DNA from: Piromyces finnis finn
Taxonomy: Eukaryota > Fungi > Neocallimastigomycota
DNA: 64,000 bases
Reading direction: 5' to 3'
NCBI GenBank assembly: GCA_002104945.1
Contig: MCFH01000017.1
Location: 1-64,000, forward strand
Part shown: positions 11,677 through 24,019 of the stretch, in pieces
Numbering within the stretch: position 1 is the first letter of the stretch
Layout: every line of letters starts with the position of its first letter
Notes under the pieces: model-generated
The model's input: only the letters and a program-made list of their open reading frames with translations
Database searches by the model: none
Told to the model about the DNA's origin: nothing
Translations under genes and position numbers: made by a program

Positions 11677-14538
11677 ATGTCAGTATATATAAATCAGGAT
11701 TGTGCATTAGTTACCGATTTCTTTGATAATTACATGATAAGTAACAATAGGGAATTAAACCCTAAAGTTCCAGAATGCTGTAAATCCTCAGATAAAAGTC
11801 ATTATATTAATTGTAATAATGAAAATATTACAGAAATGTAAGTTTATATTAAATATTTAAATTCGTTAAGACGGTACATTCGAATATTAATAATTTTTTT
11901 TTATTTATTTTCATATTTAAGGACATTAAGATGGTCAAAATCCATAGAAAATATTGACTTTAGCACTTTTCCAGAATTACCTTATCTTGAAAAATTGTAA
12001 TATATATTGCCACTGAAAAAAAAAAACTAATTAAATTTATTACAAGTATTTAAAAGTATAATTATTAATAAACTTTTTTTTTTCTTTTATCATATTGTTT
12101 ATTTAACTTTCTTATTTAATACAAAAGAATTTTAGAAGGTGAAATATTTAAAGATGGTGTCCTTCCTTCTGTCTTCTTTAAAATGCCAAGATTAAAAGAA
12201 TTGTAAGTATCTTTTCAATTAAATATTTATTAATAAAAATATAAAAGTTATTTCTCCCCCATTTCTTTATTAATTTATTATTTAATATTATTTTCTTTTA
12301 TTAATTTTTAATTTGATAAATAGCCATGTTGTAAATTCAAATATTAAATCTATTCCAAGTGATATCCCATCTACCTGCCCTTTAGAATTATTGTAATGTA
12401 TCAATCTTTTTCTTTTGTTGCTGTTGTAATTACTAAAAATCATTAAACTATTGTTAAATAATATGTTTATTAAAAAAATATTGTTTTATAAAATTTAAAG
12501 ATATTAACGAAATTTGAATATTTATATTCATATTTTAAATTTTATTTTATAGAGATTTATACAATAACAAATTTAACGGATTTGCTACTTCAATTACTAA
12601 TTGTTCCAATTTAAAATATTTGTTAGTATATTTAAAATAATGATTAAAAAGATAATATTTCATAAATACAATTCTAATAATAACATTATATCTTAAATTA
12701 TTTTATTAAAATATGAAGGGATTTGAGTGTTAATAGTGTAGGTTCTATTCCAGATGATATTGGTAAATTAGAAAATCTTGAGACATTGTAAGTTAAAAAC
12801 ATTTCTATTAAGATTTTCATCAAAAAATAGAATAAACCATTTACAATAGTATATGAGTATAAAGAAATATCAATTAATATTTCTCTATTTACTAAATTGT
12901 AATATTTAAGGTATATCGGTTCCACCCAATTAACAAGTTTATCTAATGAAGTATTTAAATTTAATTTGAAAGAGTTGTAAGCTTTTATTTTAATTGGAAT
13001 AAATTTAACATAATTTATTTTTTATATATTTTATGATTAATATTTTATATTTCCAATTTATTTCTTAATTTAGTGATCTTTCTGGAAATCCAAACTTATC
13101 AATTAAATTAAATAATTTTGGAAAAAAAATTGAAACTTGTGATTTAAGGGATACAAAAATTACTTGTTATGAACCAGGTACTTGTGAAAGTATTATTAAA
13201 GTACCTGCTGAAAAAGAAGGAGAACCATCAATATATTATTCAGAATCCGAATTAAGTTTTCTAAAAAAATGTGAAAAGTCATCTTCCAACCCTAAAGAAG
13301 GGGAGGGTGGTAATTCATTATTATTTATCATAGGCGGTATTATTATTTTACTTATTATTATTATTTGTATTTTATTTTTCTGTAAAAAGAAAAATCAAAA
13401 GGATAATGATAATGATAATAATAATGATGATGGCGAATATAAGACCAAAGACACCCAATTTATCCCACCACTAATGAAAGATAAGGATAATAATTCTATT
13501 TCATCAGCTTATCCAATGCCGGAAGATGATAGCAATACTAATGATAATAAAATTAATAGTACTAACAATACTGTTATTGTGGGTAGTGTAGATAATATTG
13601 ATTCTAATAGTAATCTTAAAGAAATTGCTAATGACAACAACAATGATAATAAAGAAATAATTGATCCTGATTCTTCTCCTATTACGGATAATATTATTAA
13701 TGACAATACTGACGCTGTTAACATTGATAATAATGTTATTATTTCTGATAATAATAATAATGCTAATACTGATAATGATATTAATAACAATAATCCTAAT
13801 TCTGAACTTAATAGTACCATTAATACGACAACAGCACCTATTATTAATAATTCAGAAAATTCTATTGATCATAGTAATATAAACACTATTAATAATAGCC
13901 ATAATATTGTTCCACTTGTTTCTTCTAATAGGGAAGAACGTCCATCAAATAAGCGTTTAGAAGTTATTGAAAATACCGCATCAAAGAATGAGATTGAAGA
14001 TGCTCCACCATCATACACTGAACAAGATCAATCATTTTCATTTAATCCAATTCAATATTCTCTTTCACCAACCATGAATAATGCTGTTTTATGCTCTTAT
14101 GGATACAATAATGTTTCAAACAATCGTTTATCTTATATTTCCAATGATAATATGGGAATGAATATGAATATGAATATGAATATGAATATATTAAATAATC
14201 CTTTAGTTGGTAATAATATTGTTTATTCGGGAAATGGGGTTAATTTTACACCTATGAATTATACTAATTATGTTAATGGTGGATTTGATAATAATATTTA
14301 TATGAACAATAATTATATTAATACAAGTGTAAATAATAATTATGCTAATAACTATAATTTTATTAATAATAGCTTTATGAGTGGTAATTTTGATTATAAT
14401 ATGAATTCTGGTAGTAGTAGTAATAATAATATTAATAATAATATTAATAATAATAATAATAATAATAATAGTAATAGTAATTATTGCAACGCTATTATCA
14501 CTAGCAATAACAATAATAACAATAATCAAAATGAATAA
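11677..14538 (+). CDS. LRR receptor-like single-pass membrane protein, copy 3 (closest paralog of copy 1)
   Basis: N-cap exon (DCALVTDFF...PECC...INC..ENITEI), six LRR exons (~11921, 12128, 12323, 12552, 12719, 12911) and a terminal exon from ~13074 with CDLRDTKITCYEPGTC, TM SLLFIIGGIIILLIIIICILFF and an Asn-rich tail with PPSY. The true start and signal peptide are uncertain: ATG 11677 gives no signal peptide and sits beside a long A run. Confidence 0.84.
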
Positions 14539-14924
14539 GAAGATTGTTAAAAATCTTTATAATAGATTATATTAACAGTAATTTAATTTAATGTACTTTT
14601 TAATAAAAAAAAATTGTAAAAACAAAAGAAATTTTGAAATAAACAAAGCAAAACAAAAATCATATTATTAAACATAGAATTAGCCATAAAAAATGACAAC
14701 AATTAATAATTTAGAAATAATGTAATATTTTATTATCATAGATTTAACATTCATTATTATTAAATTAATAAGCGTTATATTTAAAAAAGTGTAGATATAT
14801 AAATCATTCTTTGGAGTATTCCCATATATAATAAATATAATTTTGCTTAGCTTATTAGAGTATCTTTTTTTTTCTTCTTCTCATTCAGATTCGATCTATT
14901 GAAGAGTTGTAAAAATTTATTTGA

Positions 14925-15135
14925 TTGAATTGCATTATGTTAAAAAAAGTTTAATTATAGTTAGCACAAAATATATTTATATAGAGTATAATAATTAATA
15001 ATTATATATTAGTTAATATATTGTGGCGCAGTATATATGAATATACAAATGTAAATGTTAATTAATCATGTATTAGTATAAATATTAAATGTAATTAATA
15101 TATATTAAAAAGAGTCCTTTAATCAATAATGAAAT
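14925..15135 (-). repeat. ~200-bp non-coding dispersed repeat, copy B (inverted relative to 7975-8185)
   Basis: Reverse complement of 7975-8185: tttaattatagttagcacaaaa...ttgtggcgca...atatatattaaaaagagtcctttaatc. Confidence 0.85.
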
Positions 15136-15530
15136 TAACACAGATCAACTTAAAAAAAAATTTTTTCTTTTGCATTAAAGTTTTTAATATAACTTTAATT
15201 ATTAATAAAATTTATTATTATTAATTACTTTTTTTTTTTCTGTATTTTTAAATTTGTAGCTTATATTTTTTATTCTTCACTAAAACTTTTGATGGTTCAT
15301 TATATATTATTAATGTGCTTTTAAAAATTATACTAATTAATTATTATGTACTTTTAATAATGCATTATTTAATTTTTCTTTTAATATATTTTCTTTATTC
15401 ATAAAATTAATAAATAAAAGAATCTTCTATATATTTAAAAGAAAAGAAATGTAGAACATTTTTAAAACTAATTTTTTTAATATTTTTTTTTACTATATAA
15501 TACTATAGTTAGTGCTAATATTAATTATTA

Positions 15531-15547
15531 TTATTGAATAATATTAA

Positions 15548-15638
<91 letters not shown>

Positions 15639-17734
15639 ATTGTTGTTGTTATAGCCATTACTATCAACAAAACTATTGTTATAATTATTATTAAAAGAAA
15701 TATTATTGTTGAATCCATTATATCCATTACTATTGAATCCATTATTGAATCCATTATTATTGAATCCAGTATTATATATAAATCCATTATTATTCATATT
15801 ATTCATAAGTCCAGTATTATTCATAAATCCAGTATTATTCATAAATCCAGTATTATTCATAAATCCAGTATTATTATAATTATTGGCTATAAATCCATTG
15901 GTATTTACAAAATTAAAACTATTATTACCAAAATTGTTGTTGTTATAATTGACGTTGTCTCCATTATTATAAACGGAAACAGAATTATCATTGAAACTAC
16001 CATTATTAACTTCAACGTTTTCATCATTATTATTTGAATACTTTATAGTTGGTTCAGCAACACCATAGGATATAGTTGGAACAGCTTTAATAGAATTTTC
16101 AGTTCCTTTTCTTTGTATAGAAATTGATTCTGCATCATCATCATCACTCTTTCTAAATCTCTTGAAACAACAACAACCAATAATACATAAAACAACAATA
16201 ACTGCAAATCCTCCAATAATAATATAGATTATTTTACTAGATCCATTAGATTTTTCTCTAGTTTTAGTACATTTCTTAAAGTCAGATTCCTTTAATTCCT
16301 TAATAGGATTTTTTGATTCAGGATTATCAATAATTCTTTTACATGTACCTGGTTCATAACAACCAATAGTTAAATCAAAACTACATTCATCGACTACTGA
16401 TGGAAATTTATTGATTTCTATTTTTAAATCTTTATTGTCATTAATATACCTTAAAAATACCAATTTATCAAATAATATATAAATTATGATATTATACTTA
16501 ATAAATTACATTCCAAAATGTTCCTTATAATAATAATAATAATAATAATAATATAAACTTACAGTTTTTCAATATTTAAATCAAAAATCTTGTCTGATAT
16601 TGAAGTTAATTTACTATCAATTAATGATCTAAAAAAATGTATTTTTTTATAAATGAATAAATTTAAAAAAAAAAGATTTATAACAATTTTTTTTAAAATA
16701 ATAATATTTATCTTACAATTCTTTTAAGTTTTTTAATTCACTTATATCATCTGGAATTGTACCAATATTGTTAAATGAGAGATTTCTATTAATAAAAATT
16801 TATTTCATTTGTTAGTATAGGATACTAATAAATAATTAAAATACACTACATAGCCATACTTACAAAATTTCTAAATTTTTACAATTTGTAACTTCTTTTG
16901 GAAAACTTTTAAGAGAACCAATAAAAAAACTCCTATTAAATTTGATTATAAGCAATCATATATGATGTATTTACATAGTATTTTTAGTATTATATAATAA
17001 ATAGGATTAATGATTAAATACTAAATAAACAAAACAAATCGATTTCTTTATTACAATAATTTAAGAGAGTTTGATTTTGGAATATTATTAACGGAAACTA
17101 TATTAGATTTCATAATATGTCTATATTTTACAAAAAAATAATAGTTATAATAATAACATTTGAAATGTTTTTAAATAAATAGAATTAAATATATATATAT
17201 AAGGTAATGTTATTTTATATCTATATTATAAATTTACAATTGTTCTAGTTTTGGTAATTCAAGTAGTTTTGAAGGAAAAGCGTCATTTTTATATATTGGT
17301 CCTTCTAAAGCGCTTAAATATATATAAAAAAATAATATTATAATAATTATTCATAATAAAGAATAATCATATTATATATTACATATAGTTAAGATTTGGT
17401 AACATTGGAAAAGAGGAAAAGTCAATATTTAATTTTTCTTTAGTTCTCCAAGTTCTTTTTATTGAAATATATATATATATATTAATAAGTAATGAAAAAA
17501 GTGAAATTATTAAAATAAAGAAAAATTATATTAATTTCATATTTATACTTACAATTCAGTTACTCGGCCATTTTCACATTTAATACTATCACTACAACAT
17601 GCTGGGAAATTTGCTTGGTCTAGATTATTCATTTTTGAAAATTGATTAAGTTTATTGCAATCTTCTGTTTCTAAACCTAAACTATATACTGAAGCTACAG
17701 TACATAAAGACAATAATGATTTCCAGAATTTCAT
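15531..17734 (-). CDS. LRR receptor-like single-pass membrane protein, copy 4 (8 exons)
   Basis: Signal peptide MKFWKSLLSLCTVASVYS, N-cap DC..ACC..IKC, six LRR exons (e.g. NLSFNNIGTIPDDISELKNLKEL ~16785-16717) and a terminal exon from ~16450 with CSFDLTIGCYEPGTC, TM IIYIIIGGFAVIVVLCIIGCCCF, NTGFMN repeats and a poly-Asn tail. Confidence 0.88.
15545..15655 (-). repeat. Coding (AAC)n(AAT)n microsatellite encoding poly-Asn at the C-terminus of LRR copy 4
   Basis: The plus strand shows (att)n followed by (gtt)n. Confidence 0.92.
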
Positions 17735-18670
17735 TTTATTTTTTTTTTCCTTAAATTAAAGTTTATTATATATTTATTTTTTTTAGTTATGGTTTATAAT
17801 TATTATTTATAATTATAATCCTTAATTATTTATTCTATATTTTTATGTTTAGCTTTTTTTTTTTTTGTTCTTTAATTTTTTATATATAGGATTTTATATT
17901 TATTTTTTATTTATTTATTTATTTATTTTATAAACTAAATATATATAAATAAATATAAATGAATATATTAATATGTATCATTTTTCTTAAAAGAAAATTA
18001 ATTTAAATTAAATTAATTATTGGTCAAAATTTTTAATAATTATTTAACTTTTTTTATGTATAAAAATTAATAAAACTTTAAACTTTATTTAATAATAATT
18101 TTTATTAATATAAAAAATCTAATTTATATATTGGACTATTACATTTCAATATATATTAGATATTAGGTAATCATCTCATATACCAATGCAATACATTTAT
18201 ACAAACAAGATAAATAATGTATTTATTTGTTACAACGAAATATTATTATTTTGATATTTTATTAGAAAATAAAAATAAAGAATAGGCTCTCTAATCAAAA
18301 TAAAAATAACTTTAAATATACATTAATCAAACTTTGAGTAAAAAAAAAAAAAAAAGAAAAAGCTTTAAAAAAGTTAACTAAAACTATGCTACCTCTGTAA
18401 CATAATAATAACTTTTATTTCTTATTGAATTTACTAAATTGACATTTCAATTTTTATTATAGAAATAAAAATGTATAATTTTTTTTAATCTACTCTTCTG
18501 TTTTGTTCATTAACTGATTTACTTTTTATTTATTTACTTATTTTAACGATTTATTCTTACATTTCTTAATTTATGTTTGCATTGTTATAATATATTAACT
18601 ATGTATTCATAAGCTTTATTTCATTAATGTTTTATAACATTTTTTTTTATTAATTTATTTTATTTATAAT

Positions 18671-21269
18671 CTAATTATTTTTTTCATTATCCTTATTTTC
18701 ATTATTATTATTATTATTATTATCTATATTATTATTATTACTATTGTTATTGTTGCTGTTATTATTTATTAAATTATTATTGTTGAAATCATTTATATTA
18801 ACATTAAGGTTATTCAATGGTAATGAATTATTATAAGACATTAATACAGAATTTGGATAATTACCGCCATTATTATTCATAATGAGGCTGTTATTCATAA
18901 TGAGACTGTTATTCATAAGAGCATTATTTATAAGATTATTATTGTTCATAGGATTATTATTCATGAGGGCATTGTTCATAAGAGCATTGTTCATAAGGGC
19001 ATTATTCATAATGGCATTGTTCATGAGGGCATTATTTGAATTAACAGCATCACCCATGTTATAATTATTTAAATAATATCCATTATTAACTAATGATGAA
19101 TTAACACCACCATACATTGGGAAAACAAAATTGCCATAAGAATTTATTGGTAATGATTGAATAGATTCAAATTGTGCGTTGCTTTTAAAAGGTGTTTCTT
19201 GGTTATCAGAATGATAGGATAAACGACTTTGATCTAGACCATAGCCCATATTTGAATTATGACTAAGAGTTGAATGTTGCATTGTTGGAGAGGTTTGGTA
19301 AATCATGCTACTATTATTTGCATTAGTATCTGTAATTGAATATGGTGGTAATTCGGAATTTGCTTGATCTGCATTGTCTTTACTTTGACTTCTAAGAATT
19401 TCCAACTCTTTAGTCGTAAGTTTTTGCTTTTGTTCAGCAATTTGATTCAATTGAGCATTTACATCGTTATTTTCAACTGTATCATTATGAATTTCTTTTT
19501 GCTTTCCAGAAGGAATAGTTAGTATAGGAGCAACTGGACTAATTGGACTAACACCGAAACTTGTATCCGAATTTGGTTCAATATGAGAATCAAGGTTAAT
19601 GCCAAGAGTAGATGAATTTGGTGAACTACATGAAATATCAACTGAGGATGGAACAGGTGAGCCGGGATTAATATCACTCACCATAGACATTGATCCAACT
19701 GGTGGCATTATCGGTGATATTGATGGGGAATTTAATTCACAATTAGATAATTGGGTCTCAATATTTTGAGTTTGTGTTTCAGTATTTTGAGTTTGGGATT
19801 CTTGAATTGGTAAAGCCATTCCTTTATCTGGAGATATTGGGGTTTTAATGTTAATTTCAGAAATTTGATTTGGTAATATATTTTCACTGTCATCCACTTC
19901 CTCAATCGTAATTATTGGTAAGTTTCTATTTTGTTCTTGTGCTGGAGGTTTTGATAAAACCATAAAGTTTTTTTCAGTTTCACTCTTTTTGCCCTTCTTT
20001 TTTCTACATAATAAACAAATCAAGCATAAAAGTATAACAAGAACAACACCAAGACTTATAATAATAATTAAATTAAGAGTGCTCATCCCCATTACACCAG
20101 CTTTACATTCATCATATTTATCCATATATTCACTTTCAGCTACAATCTTACGTGGATCCTCTTCAATAATAAAATTTTTACAAGATCCTTTTTTGTAACA
20201 TGAAATTTTTGTATTCATTAAATTACAGGTTTCAACAGGATTTTTAAAACGAATTTCAGTACTTATTTCGAGATTCCCATCAAGATCACTAAATAGAGGG
20301 GGGTTAATAAATTAAGAAATTTTAATATAAAAATATGATCATATTAATAGGCATTATAATTGATTCAAACTTACAAATCGGTTAATTTTTCTAAATTAAA
20401 TATTTCTGATGATAGTGATTTCAATCCAGTCATTCCAATATACCTGTAATTACAAATAAATATAAAATTAGAAATTTTTTCGAATATTCAGCATAAACTT
20501 ACAAAATAGTTAAATTTTTTGTGAAAACTTACAAAATTTCCAAATTTTTTAAGTTACTAATTTCATCTGGTATAGTCCTAATATGTTGGTTTCTTGAGAT
20601 ATTACTATATATTTCATTGTTTTTTATACATTAATGATATTAATTATTCACCTTATATTATTTCCTAATTATATAATATATACAGATAATAAAAACAATA
20701 ATTTATATAAATATAAAATAAAAGCAATGATGCAAAAACAACATGATATGTTATTTTTTCTTCATTGATTTATCTGATAATTTAACTTACAGTTTTGTTA
20801 ATTGTGTACATTTCAAAAAAGGACTTGGGAAACCTTCAATAAAGTTGTTATATACATCTCTATATAATAAAAAAAAAAAATTGCATATTTTTTAATAAAA
20901 ATTTAAAAAAATAATCGTTTTTATATTAAAAGTGATAAATTAATATCTATTGTTAATAACGTATTCAATAAACAAATAAATTCAGTGCTTACAAAATTTT
21001 AATGTTACAAGGAAAATCAAAATCCGGAACAGTTTTAATATTAGAATTTAAAATTTGACTTTTATTTTTTTAATAATAATATAAAAAAAGGAAGATAATT
21101 AGTACACTATGAAATTACATGTTATAAATAAACATTTTACTTACAGAGTTTCTAATTTTGGATATTTTAAAAATGAAGTTGGGAAAGAATCATCTTTTAG
21201 AACTGAACCGTCTAAATAGCTTTTTAATTAATTTGAAAACAACAACTTTAATATTTGCTTTATAATAAA

Positions 21270-21318
<49 letters not shown>

Positions 21319-21914
21319 TTTTATTTTATTTATCCAGTAAAACAATATATGAATTTAAATATTTACAATAATTTAAGATTTTCCAAAGGTGGAAAAGAAG
21401 AAAAATCTATTTTTTTTCCTTGAAATCTACTATATCTCAATTTTCTATTAAAAAGATATAAAAAGGAAGGAATATATTAATATTTATACTTAATAAATCA
21501 TAATTACTTAAGAATTGGGATTTATAAATTATCCTAGATTTTTTTGCCTAGAAATTCTGGCTTTTTTGATTTTTGTCTGGTTAAAAATTTACCAGAGGTC
21601 AAATTTCTTCTAGCCAGAATCTTTGGCTAAATCCTTAGAAAATCTAAGATAAGTTATAAATCATAGAACAAAACACCATTATATTCTATTAACAAAAATA
21701 TAAAGTATACATACATAGCAGTAATAGAATTATTTTCACAAGCAATATATGGACCATGTTCTTTATATACACAACATTCTGGAACTTCTAAAGTTACTCC
21801 AGAATCAAGCATATAATTATTGAAAAAATTTTGAACTTGTTCACAGTCATTGTTTATCAAACAAAAAACTGATAAAAAATTAAGAATAAATATAAATAAT
21901 GAATAATAATTCAT
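18671..21914 (-). CDS. LRR receptor-like single-pass membrane protein, copy 5 (8 exons)
   Basis: Signal peptide MNYYSLFIFILNFLSVFC, N-cap DC..PECC..IAC, six LRR exons (e.g. DVYNNFIEGFPSPFLKCTQLTKL; NISRNQHIRTIPDEISNLKNLEIL) and a terminal exon from ~20288 with CNLMNTKISCYKKGSC, TM LIIIISLGVVLVILLCLICLLC, a Pro/Ser-rich then Asn-rich tail with LPPY and NNALM repeats. Confidence 0.88.
21519..21662. mobile_element. MITE-like foldback element in intron 1 of LRR copy 5
   Basis: 24-bp terminal inverted repeats (GATTTATAAATTATCCTAGATTTT versus revcomp GATTTATAACTTATCTTAGATTTT, 22/24), with further internal inverted matches (attctggct/agccagaat; tctggt/accaga). No clear TSD. Confidence 0.65.
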
Positions 21915-24019
21915 TTGTAATTACAAAACTAGTTAATTTACAAAAAAGGATAAGATTTTTTTTTTTTTTCAAATATTAAATTTTAATATTTGTTAATTAA
22001 ATTAGTATTTTTTTTTTTCAATTTATTTATTTCTTATAGTATAGTAAATATATTATTATTGTTATTATTATTAATTACTATTTCTTTATGAAAAATATTA
22101 TTTCATAAAAATAATTAATAATAATTTTAATTTAGAAATTGGTTGATAGATGTTGGATATATATTTACTATTTATTTATTTTATTATTTATTATTTTTTG
22201 TTTTTTAATATTTAATTTTTATATTTAAAAAAAAAAAAGAAAAAAGAAATTTCAATGAAAAATACATTTCTTTGTGAAGCTTGTGTAACATTATCCATTA
22301 CTTTTTATAACCAATGAAATGGACAAAATAGGAAACTACAAATTCAAGGATATCCACAATTAAAGAACAATTTTTGAACGAGATAAACTTTAAAATAGTT
22401 GACAGTTTTTGAAAGAATAAATAAAAACAAAGGAATAACAAAGGAACGATATAAAAAAAAACCAAAGATCTATATTATTCAATATTTCTTGAAAAAAAAA
22501 TAAAGTTTCTTATAAATATGTGATATGTAATCATTAAAAAAGAAATAAAGTTTTTATAATTCATCTGATAACGATAATGCTTATTAGTTAAATAGGCCTA
22601 ATATAATAATATACGTGTTCAATTAATAATAAATTTTATAATATTATCTTACGTACTTTTGTATAGTATTATTGTGATAATCCATGATATTATACCTAAT
22701 TTTTCACATTATATTATCTAATGATAATTGCATAATAAAAATAAATCAATATAGAATGTTTTGAAAAAATATATACCATATATTTATGTATTAAGATGCA
22801 TGATTTACTACTTTCGACATAATTTATATATTTATATTTAGGTTTTTATTATTTTATATAATATATAATATATAGGATTATGAAACTAAAAATGAAGCTT
22901 TTTTTTTTTTTTTTTTAATATAACCATATCAGAGTTAATTAAAAAAAAAAAAAAAAGAAAAAAAAGAATAATATTAAAGTTAACTTCATATAACCATTGT
23001 AATGAAGAGATTTAAATAAAAAATGCATAATGACATAAAGTTTATTTTAAAGATTAAATATTTAATATTTTATTATTAGTAGTAGTTGCTGTAGTAGTAG
23101 TAGTGGTTTTGCTTACAAAGGAATGAAATTTTATCTTTATTAATAATTCTAATAGGTTAGTTTTAATATTATGACCTTATAAATAATAATACAATGATAC
23201 CTTTTTATTATAATATAAAAAAAAATCACAATTCTTTTTTAACTTTTTTTTAAGTACAATATTTTATTTTTATAAAAAAAAAAAGTTAACATTTACGTGG
23301 ATGGTAGATTCCGTATTTTAGTTAAAAATTTTATTATTTACTAATAAAAAAAAAAAAAGGTTAGTCTAGTATGAGCACATTTTATATTCTATTCTTATTT
23401 TAATATAAAAATATGAAATAAAATAGTAATAATATGACTTAAAGAAGAACCCACTTTTTATAAATTACTTTATAATAATTTGAAATCTAACCTTTTAAGT
23501 AATTAATTTGGTAATTAAATATATTTAAATAAAAACAATAATTATAAAAGTATTATATCATATATTTAAAAAACTACTTTTGATATATATACAAGATTTA
23601 CTTTTTTTTTTTTTTTTTTACTTTTCAATTTATTTTCTTACTCAGAGAATATGAGTTAACAAGGTATAATGTAAATCCACTATTTCTCCATGATATTCAA
23701 TATGAAAAAAAAAAAAAAAAAAAAAGAAAAAAATTAACTTATTCTTTCAACACCCCCCAATATATTATTATTATTATTATTTTAGACTTTGATAGTTTTG
23801 TTTATTACTATTTTAATTGAATTAAAATAACTCTTTTATTAAAATACATAAAAATTAAAAATAAAACATAAATAAATAGAGTGAGTAAAGAGGATGAAAG
23901 AACCTTTAACTCTTTCCATTCCTCGATAATAATTTTTCTTTTTGTGGATTATTATAATTATTATTCAATTCTGTATCAGAATTTCTTCTTTGCTTTTTTT
24001 TTTTTTTATTTATTTATTG

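Noticed and set aside
22260-22400. Possible retroelement relic (CEAC motif in a stop-interrupted frame)
   Set aside because: Four residues of similarity are insufficient and no other TE motif is recognisable.
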